NCBI RefSeq assembly: GCF_020745735.1
Contig: NW_026867509.1
Coordinates: 682,001 to 746,000 of the forward strand
DNA length: 64,000 nucleotides
Source of the DNA: Hemiscyllium ocellatum
Taxonomy: Eukaryota
Direction of reading: 5' to 3'
Shown here: positions 1-13,717 of the stretch, one piece after another
Layout: every line of letters starts with the position of its first letter
Position numbering within the stretch: the stretch's first letter is position 1
Notes under the pieces: generated by a model
What the model was told of the DNA's origin: nothing
Database searches by the model: none
What the model saw: the letters and a program-made list of their open reading frames with translations, nothing else
Made by a program: the position numbers and the translations under genes

Positions 1-759
1 CACCAGGAGCAATTACAAAGAGACAATTAATCCAATCGCTATGAATTCAAGAATTCAGCTTTTTAAATTTGCAGTTCCAAATCAGAGATCTGCAATCAGC
101 CAAGAGGAATTTCAGAGGCGGAGCAAGGAATTGAAACACAATGAAAGGCATTGATAACTGAGTGGCATGCAGCCGGATGTGACCTCATATCTGGTATTGA
201 TAACCTCAATATAGGTGACAATGGGTCGGAGTTTATTTCCCATTGTTTACACTTGCTGAGAAATCACTCCTGATCAAATAACCACATTGACCCACTTCTG
301 TTTTCAATTTTCACTCTTGGTGTATCAACGCGGTAAATGGGCCCCGAGAGGATGAAGACAACCATTTCATCTTGTTAGTTTAGCAGATTACAACATCACT
401 TTTAAACAAATGTAAATGGGGATTGTATCTTTCACTGGAGACTGTTTAATTGTGAACTGCCTATATTTTTTTTCAAATGGCGAAGACAATTGAAATTCCC
501 AGTCAACAACATTAAAGCAGGAAAAGAAAATCAATCTCCTATCCGGCCATGGCTTAGGTAATGGGTATGTTAAGGTGTTGAAAAACCCCACCCGTCGGCG
601 CCGTGGCTCGGTTTGCACCTGAATATTAAGTCAGCAACCCTGGATGTACATCCCAGCCGTACCTGTCACTGAGTTAAAAAAATTCATACCTCAAACTTCC
701 TTCTAATACAATGTTTTTGATCCAAACAAGGATCTGATGATGTGACACGAGGCAGAGTC

Positions 760-2750
760 TGACAAATGTTACAGAAGTATTGGTTGTAATATTTTCCAAA
801 AATCGTTGAAGTTTGGAAAAGTAAATGCAAATTGCATAATGTCCAATGGGATACGTTTACTCAAACAGGCAGGGAGGCAAAAATAAATTAGTACAGGAGA
901 ATTATGCTGACAGCCACTGTTCAAAATGTGTTACATTTAATTCTTAGGAAGTAAAGCAAGAAGCCTGGAACTTTATTTTTTAATAGATCAGGGTCACTTG
1001 ATTTCATGAAAGGGAAATCATACCTGACTAATTTGAGGACGTCTCAACCAGAATGGACAGAGGGGAAACAGCAGATGTGTCATAGAACATAGAACATAGA
1101 ACATAGAAGGATACAGCGCAGTACAGGCCCTTCGGCCCTCGATGTTGCGCCGACCGAATCCTACCTAACCTATACTAGCCCAATAACTTCCAAATGCCTA
1201 TCCAATGCCCGCTTAAATGACCATAAAGAAGGAGAGTTCACCACTGATACGGGCAGGGCATTCCATGAACTCACAACCCGCTGTGTGAAGAATCTACCCC
1301 TAACATCTGTCCTATACCTACCACCCCTTAATTTAAAGCTATGTCCCCTAGTAACACCTGACTCCATTAGCGGTAAAAGGTTCTTAGTATCTACCCTATC
1401 TAAACCCCTAATCATCTTATACACTTCTATCAGATCTCCCCTAAACCTTCTCTTCTCCAATGAGAATAGCCCCAAGTGCCTCAGCCTTTCCTCATAAGAT
1501 TTTCCTACCATTCCAGGCAACATCCTGGTAAACCTCCTCTGCACTCGTTCTAAAGCTTCCACATCCTTCCTATAGTATGGCGACCAAAACTGCACACAAT
1601 ACTCCAGATGAGGCCTCACCAGAGTCTTATACAACTGCAACATGACCTCAGGACTCCGGAACTCAATTCCTCTGCCAATAAAGCCCAGTACACCATATGC
1701 CTTCCTCACAGCACTATTTACCTGGGTGGCAACTTTCAGAGATCTGTGTACATAGACACCAAGATCCCTCTGCTCATCCACACTACCAAGTAGCCTACCA
1801 TTAGCCCAGTAATCCATCATCTTGTTATTCCTACCAAAGTGAACGACTTCGCACTTAGCTACATTGAATTCCATTTGCCACATTTCCGCCCAGCTCTGCA
1901 ACTTATCTATATAAGTTGCATCTACATCTTGGATGTGCAAACTATGTTCAAAAAGGTAACCTCACAAAAGATTTAGTCATAAGGTTAGAACACCTGCGTC
2001 ATTGAATTTAGAGCATTAGCGTAAATAGAGGATTTACTGCTGGGCATGAAACAGCAACACAGGAAAAGAATTTTGTTTGCGATCTGGTGACCTGCAATCA
2101 ATGGAGTTCCACAGATAGCAGTGTTTGGAGCACTAATGTTTACATTGTATAAAATGCAAAATAACGTGAGAAAATTGGATATGGTTTAATTGGAAAGAAG
2201 AAAAACATATTATTTGATTGGATAAACACTGAAGAAAGGTACAACACAAATAGACTCAGGGACATTATTGCGCGGAATACATCAAGCTAGATCAAAACTG
2301 CAGCAAGTAATCAGGCAGTCTAATTGAATGCTGGCCCTTATTTCAAGGGGTTAAGGGTTCAGTGTTAGGAATACGTACTTAAAATTTGCAAGATTCTAAC
2401 AGTGATCACTTAACTGGAGTATTGTGAGATGTTTTTGATTCTTCCTTAAAGAAAGAAATAATTTTGTTTGAGTCAGTTCACAGAAGTTGAACTGGCGTGA
2501 TTCCCAGTTTGAAGAGATTGCCTTATGAACACATATTAAACAGGTTTTGACTCTACTTAGTGGAATTCGTAAAATTGAGAGATAATCATGTTGAAACATG
2601 TAGGAATCTCAAAAGCTTGAAATGATAAATGCTGAGAGGAACTTTTCACTCATGGGAGTCTATAGGACATGAAGAGATTCTCTCAAAATAAAGGGGTGCT
2701 AGTTTAAGACAGAATGGTGATGATTTTCTCGTCTCACAGAGCTGCGAGTC
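760..2750 (+). mobile_element. Old, highly decayed CR1 LINE fragment (plus strand), interrupted by a younger CR1 at 1079-1910
   Basis: CR1 RT-like DNA on both sides of the insert, e.g. atgaaagggaaatcatacctgactaatttgagg...gcagatgtg before it and ctggagtattgtgag...gagataatcatgttgaaacatgtaggaatc after it; no long ORF. Confidence 0.6.
1079..1910 (-). mobile_element. Young 5'-truncated CR1 LINE (C-terminal part of ORF2 reverse transcriptase) with (CATAGAA)n tail
   Basis: ORF 1170..1940(-) contains WAEMWQMEFNVAKCEVVHFG, RPHLEYCVQFWSP, RRFRGDLIEVYKMIRG and FFTQRVVSSWNALP, all typical of CR1 ORF2; tandem catagaa repeat at 1081-1107. Confidence 0.95.
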
Positions 2751-3748
2751 TTTGAAACTGTGTGGGCAAAATTCCAATCATGGTAAGTATACAAATATTT
2801 TGAAATACGCCTGTAGTTCAAAGACACGCTGAAATGATGTAGTTACGTTGAAATTGCTAACTTGAAAGGTGATCATCATTAGAATACGTATTGTATCAAC
2901 GCATGACGGGTTTTGATTGACTTGATTCCTTCATGAGATGTAGGGTATCGCTGGGAAATACATTTTCTTACACTTCATTACTTGCCCTTGAAAAGAGTGC
3001 CTTGTAAATTTGCTCAACTCACTTCCCTTCCACCTGCCTACCTGACAGCAGCATATTACTCCGAACCCCTGGATTACTTCTGCAGTAACATTAACATCCA
3101 ATCTTGCATTCAACATTGCATCAAGTTGTTTTGTTGACATTCCTTTCATTTTTTATGTTTGCGACGTGAAAATTTTCAAAGACATTTTACCATATCTAAA
3201 GAATCGAAGTCATCAATTTTGTCTATTGTTCCATGAAATTGAAAAGGTAATGTGCTGATTTCCGTGTGTGTAGCAAAAATAGTGGATTGATGGACATTAC
3301 ATTGCCTGCTGTACAATCCCATCTCCACCACTAACAATTCATGAAACCAGGACCGTAGAAATGGCGCGAATATTCAGAAATGTTATTTCAACTCTTTAAT
3401 CAAGTGCAGGCATCAAACACCATGTGGTTATAAAAAATATCGATAATTGAACCATGGTCAGTGATATCATCGACATTTAGAGAGCAGGTCAAAGATTGTA
3501 GGCAATGCCATTAATATTTTTACTCTAACAGCTCCGAAACAGCTAAGAATCACCAGACACATCGTCAGATTCAATCTAGGGTATCTCCACCTTCAGCGTT
3601 CATTGCATGCTCTTTGTCTCTTTTCCCCTACTTCACTCTGAATCAATTGTGTTCTTGGATTGAATGCTGACAATCGATCCGTCTTGTTCTTGGTTGGACA
3701 AGCAATGATAGAATTTTCTGCATTGCAGAAGTGCAGTCAGAAAGCAAC

Positions 3749-4056
3749 ATGGAAAAATGTCTCATACTGTTCCTCATTATTGATCCTCTCTCAGTAAGTA
3801 TCTCTTTCGCAGAAAAGACATTTTTGCTGCAATTCAAATGTTTTTGTTGGTCAATGTACGAGTGACGATTATGTTGATCAACATAAGGCTAATGCTCATT
3901 GTCGTGTTTTACTTTTTCATATTTTCGAATGGAGCCAGCAGGGTACAGTGTGACAGCTGTTTCCTGGAATGAAGTCTTGAAGAGGAAAAATGTCAGACTA
4001 ACCTGCAACTTGAAGACCAGCAGCTCGAACCTTTTTACGTACTGATAGATTAATCA
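3749..4056 (+). pseudogene. TCR V-segment relic (leader plus 5' half of V exon) truncated by a SINE insertion
   Basis: Leader-like MEKCLILFLIIDPLS followed by gtaagt (3749-3793, phase off by one). Exon reads YSVTAVSWNEVLKRKNVRLTCNLKTSSSNLFTY**I, where TAC TGA TAG matches the Y-W-Y motif with single substitutions. Confidence 0.55.
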
Positions 4057-4290
4057 ATAGGCCAGACTAGGTAAGGATGGCAGTCACCCCGCTACAGGAC
4101 GTGAGTGAACAGAATGCTTTAAAAAAATGTTCCTGTAAATTGATTAACAGTCATCATTAGACTCTGAATTAAAGACATTTATTTCATTAAATTTCCACAG
4201 TCTGCCATGGCTGAATTTGAACACCGCTCAGCCAAGTGTACCTGGATTATTCCAGTGGAATCAGTATTAATGTCACTCCGCCATTACCTC
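4057..4290 (-). mobile_element. Shark tRNA-type SINE fragment (family also at ~4680-4900 plus and ~20380-20690 minus)
   Basis: Shared blocks ggccagactaggtaaggatggcag / aaaggatggcagtttccttccctaaaagacatcagtgaacc and gggatcctggttcaaatcccaccatggcag recur in the window. Confidence 0.55.
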
Positions 4291-5250
4291 CCCTGTGTGC
4301 TTCAGCCCTCCTTCTGACTGATTACTGAATGATATTTATTCCTCGGTTTGTGCAGTGATGTCTCTCCTCTAGCAGAGAGTAATTTGATCAAGCACAAAAT
4401 TGTTAAACCACAGGCTGATATCGTCCATGTGCAGTAGCAAAGAGCTAGGATATGGGTACGTCGTGGGGGCTGTGGACACTTCTGTCAAATCTTCCAGAGA
4501 CACCGGACATCCAACCATGGAAGATAGAGGAGCCAATTCAATGAATGCAGAGAGAACTCCAAAATGGTATGGTACATTCGAGTTGGGCAAAAAATGCAGG
4601 ATATACAAACATGCATCACATGAACAATGCTGGAGGAGATTTCCCAGCATTATTACTATTAATCTGTTAACTCCGATCCTCAGAAACCACATTGGGATCC
4701 TGGTTCAAATCCCACCATGGCAGTTTGTCAAGTTGTAGTTCAATCAAAAGAAATCTGGATTTAAGGGGCTTATTAAAGACTATGAATTAATTGTTCAGAA
4801 AAAAAGATCTGTTTCACCAGCTTCTATTCTTACCCAGGCCAGAGCATATTTTCGTGCAGATCCACAACAACGTGGATGTCTTTGAACTTCCCTCTGCAAT
4901 GGACCAAAAATAACATAATTTTTAAAAGTACTTGTGTCTTCAAGAATCATTTCTAATTTCTGCAAATCAGCTTTGCATTCACAAAGCTGTGTGAAATGCA
5001 TGGACCCGTTCTATACGAGCAAGGAAATGACAATCGAAGTCAGGACACTTTCCAATCAGTTTTGTGAGGTGAATCAAAGTGCAAAAATGAACTTTGGATC
5101 AACAGAATCAAAAATGTCTTTGGAATTCCCAAATTCACCTTTTGGGTTAACATCTGACAGTGCTTACGACATTGAAAGGAATATCAGTGCATTATGATTA
5201 ATAAGACGATAGTTGCAAACTAACATTGTTTTTGTTAGGTTTTATTATTT

Positions 5251-8200
5251 TCAAAACTTACAAAACTTCATTAGGAGACTCAGTGGATATTTCAATCCAT
5301 TCTTTAACTCAGCTCTGAATTTACTCTGTGTCCCTGTATAAATAAATGGGTTGATACAGGAACTCAAAAACTGAAGCAGGTACCCAGTTTCCTGTTGAAT
5401 GAATGCCGACTGACTTAAATTGAAACCTGAGAAATAAGGTACATTCGCAATTCGGACATAGATTGTAGTTATAAAAAATAAAGAATATAACAGGATGAAG
5501 CTGCCCGAGATGGCGAAGAGTAAAACCATGGACTTTTTGCGTTTTTCCATCTCTGGATCCCTCTGATGTTCTCCACTACTCTGAATTCGGAGTCTCCTGC
5601 GGGATCTATTGGCCGCAATAATATGTCTTACAGTTAGAGCGTTCAGAAGTAAAATCAGAATGAATGGAAGACAAGGGGTTAAAATGGTACGAATCCAATC
5701 ATAAGCTGCCCATGCAGGGGACGTATAAAATATTAATTTTATGTTGCAGAACCAGGGTACATTATTAATAATGTAGATAGGTTCATTAATAAAAAACATA
5801 AAGGCACTTTTTATGCAACTGAGTGCAGTCACTATTCCAATAACCAGTGCAGCTGTCCGTTCCGTGCAGTACTTCATTTTCAGTTTCTGACAGGAAATGG
5901 CCACAAATCGATCAAAGGTAAAAGCAACTGTCAACCATGCTGAGCAATCAATTGCTGTGTATATGATGGCATCACGTAGACTGCACACTGGAGTGATGAA
6001 CAAGAAGCTTGATGGGAAGTAAATTCCAGCAACACGGTTTAATATTACAGCAGTTACCACGACCAAGAGATCTGCCCCTGCCATGGACACCAGGTAATAA
6101 ATGATGCAACTAGAAAGGCCACATTTTCTTTGAGAAAGGATCACAATCACTGTCAGGTTAGCTGTCATAGAAACATATATACATGTTTGTAGAAGTAGAG
6201 GAGAAATAGAATCTGATAACAACGGATAACGAGAACTAATCTATGAGATTTTGAATGAAATTGATATTTTTGAGACATGAACTTGAATCAAAAATCACAA
6301 ATTAACATCCTGACAGCTAGTTCTACTTGCAAAGTGATCGGCTTAGAGTGCCCCCATGGCACAATGGCGAGCCCTGATGTTTCACATCACCAGGGACCCA
6401 CGTTTGTTTCCAGCCTCGGTTGATTGCTTCGTGAGATTGTGCGTGTTTCCTCCAAGTGCTCCCTTTTCCACCCAAAGTTCCAAGTTGTACAGGCTAGCTT
6501 TATTGGCTACGCTGGATTATCACATAGTGCTAAGGAAAATTTGGGTTAACTGTGATTATTGTGGGAATACAGAGAGTGGCCAGTGGGTCTTCTGAGAATT
6601 CGAGCACAGTTAATGTTTTGAATGGCCACTCTCTGAACTTTAAGGAGAACATGATTCAAGATTTGAATACAAATAGGTCAATAGAAAAAGATTACAAATT
6701 AATATAATAACACAGATCAGAGAGTAAACTACCTCACAATCATTTTCACTAACCAGAAGTAAAAGACATTAAGATACTATAATGGTCAAATTGGCAAATA
6801 ATGTGGAAAATGTATTCTCGCTGAAAATTTGATAAATAATCCAAGAGAAATCTGAAAACTGAAGAGAAAAAGGATCATATTTTTCTGAACATTAACATTT
6901 GTCGCATCAGACAAAGTACTGTAAAATCATTCGCCATTGGAAAGATCGACAGACAAAAATCAGGAAATGTTCAGAGATTCATAATAAAAATATTGAATTC
7001 TGGGAAACAACGAAAAGTTTTGAAAATTGTTCATCTTGTACTGCTTACTTATCCAAGAAAACTCAACGCATTATTTTATTACTTTATTAAACAATGTTCA
7101 TTTTAAATTGGGAAATACGTGCTTTTTAGTTTTTAACGTCGTTCATCAAAACATGCCATCATTACATTTCTACGTATTTCCATGGAAGGCCTGGAAATCA
7201 ATAAAATATAAAAAAAATTGTATGTTGACTCAGCCAAACTGTTAATAGTTGGAAAACTTCAGTTAAAATGGAAATTGTTTGCATCTACTTGATAGAACAC
7301 TGAATGGCAGACCAGCTATGGTATCCAATCAAACATTGCAGTCAAAACCATGACTAAGATGCCGCCACAACAAAGGAAACCAGCTGATACTGATAACACT
7401 AGAAACATGGAGTGCACTCACCGAAATAATTAATTGATACAGAAAGAAAAAGGATGAGAGAAAGAAAGAGAATTTCAGAGAACGAGAAAGAGAAAGAGAG
7501 GGAGAAGGCCGTTTCATATGTGATTAAGGGGGAAGCATCCGTTACTATTTCAACCCCGAACAAAATCACCCGACCATTTTGGAGCACTCGGTGTTGGAGG
7601 CAATTGTTTAATGCTGGTCCTAAATTAGAACTTACTTCTTACTCCATCAACAATCATTCTGCCAAGAAATTTTCTAATATGTTCATCAGGCCCATGGAAT
7701 GTTAATGCATTCTGGTAGAATTTACCGTAATAAGAAATAAGGAATTTAAAATAAAAAGAAATCAACACAGCAGCATTGAGTAGATGACGAAATGAATGCA
7801 GTGTGATGTTGTGACAACCATTCATTTGGCATATTAAAAATCAAAGTCATACATTTGGAAACGAACAAGGACACAGTTTCTCGCCGACTGATAATCAAAA
7901 GTGATTACTTGCAAAAACTTATTGTAACATGTTTCGGTGTTAAAAAAGATATGGTGGTCAACTTGGTCAATTTATCCTCAAGTTGTGAAAGCGAGTATCA
8001 AAAAACGTGACTCCGAATTTTGAGTGTGACTGTTGAGTCGCAGCAATTCTCATTCTGAGCTTCTTAGTTAATATTCAATTAGCATCTTCTGTATCAGTCT
8101 GAATGAATGGAAATAACTGTTCGGGAGGACTCGATTGCAAAACGAGCCTCCTACAAACGGAACAATCCACATCCCTATCTTGGCGCCCAATAACGTAGCT

Positions 8201-9187
8201 TCAATAAATTAATTCATTATACCGTTAGAATTTAGTCATTTAGTTTGAATCTTCTCTATCAATGAGACACTTTCGTTTATTATTCCACCACTTCAGAAGG
8301 AATGACACAAATGTGTTCATATTTACATGGTGATTGCTTTTTGCCCACAGATATGTTGTCAAATTGGCAACGAGTAACAGCTGCATATGGATAGCAACCT
8401 ACAGGATATTCCTTCAAACTGAACAACATTCAAAACAACATAATGGTTCTACCCTTTTACATAAATAACAGGAAGGTCCTTCACCTTTAATCATAGCATT
8501 AGGAACACAAGGAATCTTCGTATAAACTGTAATAACACTGCGCCAGTGCATCAAAAGACAGTTGCAATGCCATTTGAAAATATATACTTATGCAATAATA
8601 ATAATGCAGTAATTCACCCACAATAGCATTATCAGTGACATCCTGTAATTGTATTTAAATTACGATAAAAGTGTGATAGTTCACACGTAGTGACTCGGCC
8701 CGTTAAAATAACAGAAGTGCATTTATTTTGTCTCATGCTCAAAGAATGTGCGATTTATGACATCGTTCAAACAATCGAATGATAACCGTCACAAGAACAC
8801 AGCATCAAGTTAAAGCAGAGAAAGCACCTTGACAACGTGCATTCCTCACTGTCAGAAAAAAATGCCGCGTTTAACGGAGTGAATTTCTAACATGCATACT
8901 AAAAATAAGCCATACAATTAAATAAGGTAAATGCTCAAATGGCGAACTAACATCGTTATGTTTGCCAATGATGCTGTGAAAACGAAGTTTTGCAATGGAA
9001 TGGAAAGAAAATCATAGAAAATTAAATTGGAACCTATAGAATGCTTCAGGCAAACTTGCAGCATTGATAGAACCAAAGAATGATACTCTCACCTCCAAAC
9101 TAACTCGAATACTTTACCTGGAACACCGAGTGCTCCGAGGATAGGATAATAAATGGCAAACCCCACACCTGCTGGTATTCCGTGCAT
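5251..9187 (-). CDS. Intact two-exon class A orphan GPCR, GPR139-like shark family (326 aa); exon 1 9187-9118, exon 2 6161-5251
   Basis: Exon 1 MHGIPAGVGFAIYYPILGALGVP-g|gtaaag splices in phase 1 to acag|CTAACCTG, giving GVPANLTVIVILSQRKCGLS. Exon 2 has 7TM hallmarks (ADLLVV, AFTFDRFVAI, PCLPF, SSCINPFIY). 70+911 nt = 327 codons ending TGA. Confidence 0.9.
6355..6600 (+). mobile_element. Degenerate HE1-type SINE
   Basis: ggcacaatggc...cagggaccc...gtgctccc..tttccacccaaagttccaag resembles the well-preserved copies at 45077 and 52645. Confidence 0.55.
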
Positions 9188-12100
9188 TGTTACCAGAAGC
9201 TCTGAATGCACTGTGCAATCCCCTGAAATACTCATTGTTATGCATAATAGCAGGCTCTAGGGAGGTCGTTAGTGGGTTTCATGCTTTGAGCTAATTAAAT
9301 TTATTTCAGGAAATAACGTAGTGCAGCTGTTGTTCGAATGAAATTTGTTTTAAAGGATTACAATGTTTTTCCTCCATGGGATTTCACAAGGCTGGAGGTT
9401 TTATTGTCAGAAGTAAAGAAAATAAATATTAATAAAGCTATTTGTGTAACAAAACAGCGTATTATTTATAAGTATGTCCTAAAATCCTATATTTTGGTGA
9501 GTAACATTGTGGTGCTGTCTATTTAAAATATCATTACTCTAGTAACAATTTAACATTTGCTTTCAAATTACGTATTTTACTTATTACAACAAATACAAAC
9601 ATGCTTGAGGCAAGAAACCACGAACAAAGTTCACATTTTATTACAAATATAAAATATTCTCTGCAAAAGAATGGAAAGGAAGGGATTGTTGCTGAGACAG
9701 AGCCGTTTGGTTTTGAGCTATTACCTCCTCAGTTTCATAGCTGCATTTTTAACAATGGCCTTAAAAGTCGAGATCAGATCAAAATTTAAACTTTTCCTAT
9801 ACTCATGTGACATGCATTCACAATGGTCCACGAGAGAGAATTAAAATAGAAATTTCATGCAACATTAAATCTTAATAATAGCATTTTGTGAAACCCACAG
9901 CCAAACTGGATTAGAGCAAAATTGATATGATTCTTTCCGATTGAGTGTGGAATCTTCAAACAAAGGCTGTAAGTGACTGATAGAGAGGCAGAAATAAATT
10001 ATTGAAACATGATCCCACTACTTTATTCCACCATATGATCGTTTCAGTATTCTCTTAACCTTTACATGAGGCATACTGATCTCTCCTCTATGTATTATTT
10101 TTGAATAAAGTTAATTCTTGAAAATTAAATGTTATGTCAGCATTTTGCCATTAGAAACACTGACTATTTTTGCAAAAGAGAACTTAGTTGTACGAGTCAA
10201 ACAAGATCAACAAATGTTCGAATCACAAAGTAAAGTAACGATATTAGCACAAACAACACATTGCTGTAAGTGCTCAGCATAACCTGTGACAGAGATGAAT
10301 GATCCATAAGTACTGCTCCTCCATTGCCCAAACATATTTCAAGAAGAACGGTGAGTTTTCATTCCCCCGTAATTAACTGACTGCCAAAAATGTTGTGCCA
10401 ATACAAAACCAACTTTGCCCAGTTTTGGCAATGTTCTGATGCTATTAGGTGAATGACTGAGGAAGCATAACGTGAAGATTGTCAGAAGGTTCTAAAATAG
10501 CCTTTTGAAGTAGTATCAATATGCTCCATCACTGTTTACACAAGAGTGTGCTTACTTCCCATTTTCAAAGAGTCCACCTATCAATAAAGATTCAGTATGC
10601 ACATCTCTTTAGATCTGTCAGATCCAAATCTTCTGTCTCTGATTGGCAGAATTGGACGTATTGTCCCAAGTTGTCACACGTGACGCAATGTTTTGATTGT
10701 CTGTGAGTATGTGTGAATTTTGCACATCTTGGATCAGATTAATCACCTTCAGAAGAAAGCACACCGGGATACTGAAGTTCAGGCCAGTTTGGTAAATGTC
10801 ACTAGCAGGCGAATGTAAAGAAAATGTGGCATAATTGACACAGAAGAGGAGGAAGCTGAATTGAATTAATCAAAACAATAGACAAGAGGAATGTAGGTAT
10901 GTTAAACAAACGCAGAGCGATCTGGAAGATAGAGCATTGTGCCTAAATATTTGAAATTGTCAGATACGGCAGGAAGAGTAAAAAAGAAGTATGTTATCTA
11001 ATTGCCAAGAGTAACAGAGTACTGAGATACAGGAGGGTGTCACAGACCATGAAGTATGGTAAGTTAGTACTGGCATGCGGTAAATAATTAGCAAGTTTCG
11101 TAGAACATGTTCATTTTTGATCCATGCAATTCATGGAACCACAGTTTCACGAATGTTAATCTGCCAGATGAGGAAAATCAGCAACTTAGTGTCAAATTCA
11201 TGAAACTTCCACACATAACCTGTGCATTTGTGCAATCAAGAAGAGTCCATTGTCCTTCTGTATGTCTCAAGTAAGACTGTCTCCTGCACCTTCTAGGTTG
11301 TTCACCCATAACTGATTGTGTGGAAAATAATTTATTTCATTGTCATGTTGCCCTTTTTTATAACATGTTTCCTTGAATACGAGAATATCATTCTACTGTC
11401 ATGTGAATATTGCACGAGTGCAGTGAAAAAGTTTTGCAATGTCCACCTTCTTATGACGACATGTTAGGAAACAAATATTTCAGTACAATTCTTGACTACA
11501 GCAAAGAAAAAGAAACATTTGCATTATTATAACGAGCTGAAGAATAAGTTTATAAATACAGATAGCCATTACATCAACGCAGCTCAGCATAGCGTTCCAG
11601 TACGTGGGTCTGAACGAACGTTCCAGCTCAGTCCACGAAACAGCAGCAATCCTCGTTCCACATTAATCTTCAGTCCGTTCCATACAGGCATTCAATTGCT
11701 CCAGAGTAAGTCGTGGACTGCTTTCCCCGCACTGGTGTCAATCTATGACTCACTGCCTATGCGATGGCCCATGGTTGCTTTCTGGGATGCTGATGTGGGA
11801 CTGATTCTCTGTGCTGCTCTTTTCACCTGCTCCAGTGCTGACAGCCCACACGCAGCTCCGGGACTCGTGGCCCACTAACTACGTCGGGGCTGGTGCCTCA
11901 CATGCTGCTTCAAGGCTTGTGGCCCACGCACCTTCAAACCTATGGCTTCTGGCTCTCTAACATTTTCGGTGCGGGAACAGTTTCTCCCATTCTATTACAA
12001 ACAGAAACTTCTGCAACCATAGGAAGATTCTGTTTCAGGTATTACATTTGTTATGTTTTTCTGTGTGTCAACATAATTTTCGTTGCATGCACAGTACTGC

Positions 12101-13225
12101 ACTCTTTATTTATGATGTGTGTGAATATGTTGAAAGCAGATCGCCGAAATTATGCTGAACCAATGTCTCGAATTGACAGCTGAAAATGTGTTGCTAGTTA
12201 AAGCACAGCAGGTCAGGCAGCATCTCAGGAATAGGGAATTCGACGTTTCGAGCATTGACAGGTTGACTTGTGAGGTCAGCACGGATACTGGAGATTGTCT
12301 GTTTGAGGTGAGAAGAGAAAGAGCCCATTTGACTGACGCACATAAGACCTTGAGAGTCTTGGCAGCACAAACACGGAAAGAATGTCCTCTCCTTTCGGAG
12401 ACTATTGAACTCGAATCCACGGGTTGATGATTATGGTTTGAGCATTCAATTTAGAGATAAAGGTGACGTCTTTTGTCACAGGGACTATAAGGTTTTTTTT
12501 TAAATTCTGTTTTCTAAAAGGCACTGTAAGCAGGTCTATGATTTTTTTTCGGTAATGTTAGATAAAATCCTTGCTTTCAGAATACACATGCATTTTAATC
12601 GGGGTAGATGAGAATATGAAAAATTCAGATAAGTCTTGATCTTTTTGAACAACAGAATAAACAGTTTTCAAACCAGGAAGTTTGTACGAAACCCAGGTTA
12701 AAATGAGGATGTTTCCATATTTTGTTCCAGGATATTGACAATCGACTGTGTTATCAGCTGTGAGAGATTGGACTGAAACTCATTGACTATCTCTGAGAAG
12801 CGCTCGTTCTGAGTAAATATTAAACCATAATCCTGTTAAGCAGTTCAGGAAAATGCTGATGGCCCCCTGTCAGTAAAGGGATGTAGTGAGTGGGGGTTTC
12901 CTGAATGAGAAAAAAAAACCAACGTCCTGGCCCAACTTTTTAAACGCAAAGAATAGCATCAATGAAACCACATGACCAACTTCTCAGCTCATCTCTCTGG
13001 GTGCACGTAGGAAGGCAGACTCTACTCACAGAACAGTCTCCAACCCCACTTCCTGCAGGTCAGAATCATATAGGAGAGGATGTCACATCCAGTTCAAAGG
13101 ACTTGCCTTAGCAAGTTAATTTGATCATTCTACAGTCTTTCAGTCCAGCTCTCAGTTCCTGCACTTTGAAAGATTTTTCAGCTTCCAGGCTGTATGAAGC
13201 ATCTGCTGAACCTGGCAGCAACACG

Positions 13226-13678
13226 ATGTGAGTCCTTGTCCTTACACTGTTTGCCTGTTTAGCCGGAAAGTACAGATCCAACAATCTTACACTGTGCCCA
13301 TTTGGTACAGAGCTTCATGAATCCATGAAAAAAAAACAGACATCGTCTCTGGCTCAGTTCCATTTTGCGGACTAATATCTCCTTTTTTTAATTTCCAGGA
13401 TGTGTCTGTCATTCAGTGGTACAGACTCCACCAGCATGCATCAAGGAAGAGTGTCAGTCTCCCACTATCGACTACATTTTCTATGGTGGTTTCTTTGCAT
13501 ATCCTTTGCAGCAGGGCGAATTCGTCAGATAAACAGACTGGAACAGATCGGGGCCAAATCTTATCTGGAGGATGGTTTGTTTTGATTTCAAATAGAATAG
13601 AAAATGCATTTTCGCCAGACGCTCAGAATGTGAAAAATACTGCCACCTCTTATTTTAAATCCTTGTACAGTTATAGCA
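13226..13678 (+). pseudogene. NAR-TCR V (IgNAR-like) pseudogene, cassette 1; leader 13226-13265, V exon from 13399
   Basis: Leader M*VLVLTLFACLA-G with decayed donor (gaaagt); acceptor tttccag. Exon reads GCVCHSVVQTPPACIKEECQSPTIDY...SSGEF.R..QTGTD..QILSGGWFVLISNRIENAFSPDAQNVKNTATSYF, with stops, frameshifts and both canonical Cys lost. It is homologous to the V at 40.9-41.4 kb (ECQS.TI motif, very short FR2-CDR2). Confidence 0.75.
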
Positions 13679-13717
13679 GTAAGTGATGTGGCTTGGCCTG
13701 GCGCGATTTCAAAACTG
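13679..13717 (+). other. Decayed 23-bp-spacer RSS of NAR V1
   Basis: gtaagtg - 23 nt (atgtggcttggcctggcgcgatt) - tcaaaactg; aligns positionally with the RSS after NAR V2. Confidence 0.45.

Noticed and set aside
10620-10700. SVSDWQNWTYC followed by cacacgt, resembling a V 3' end
   Set aside because: No nonamer at 12 or 23 nt and no upstream V framework.
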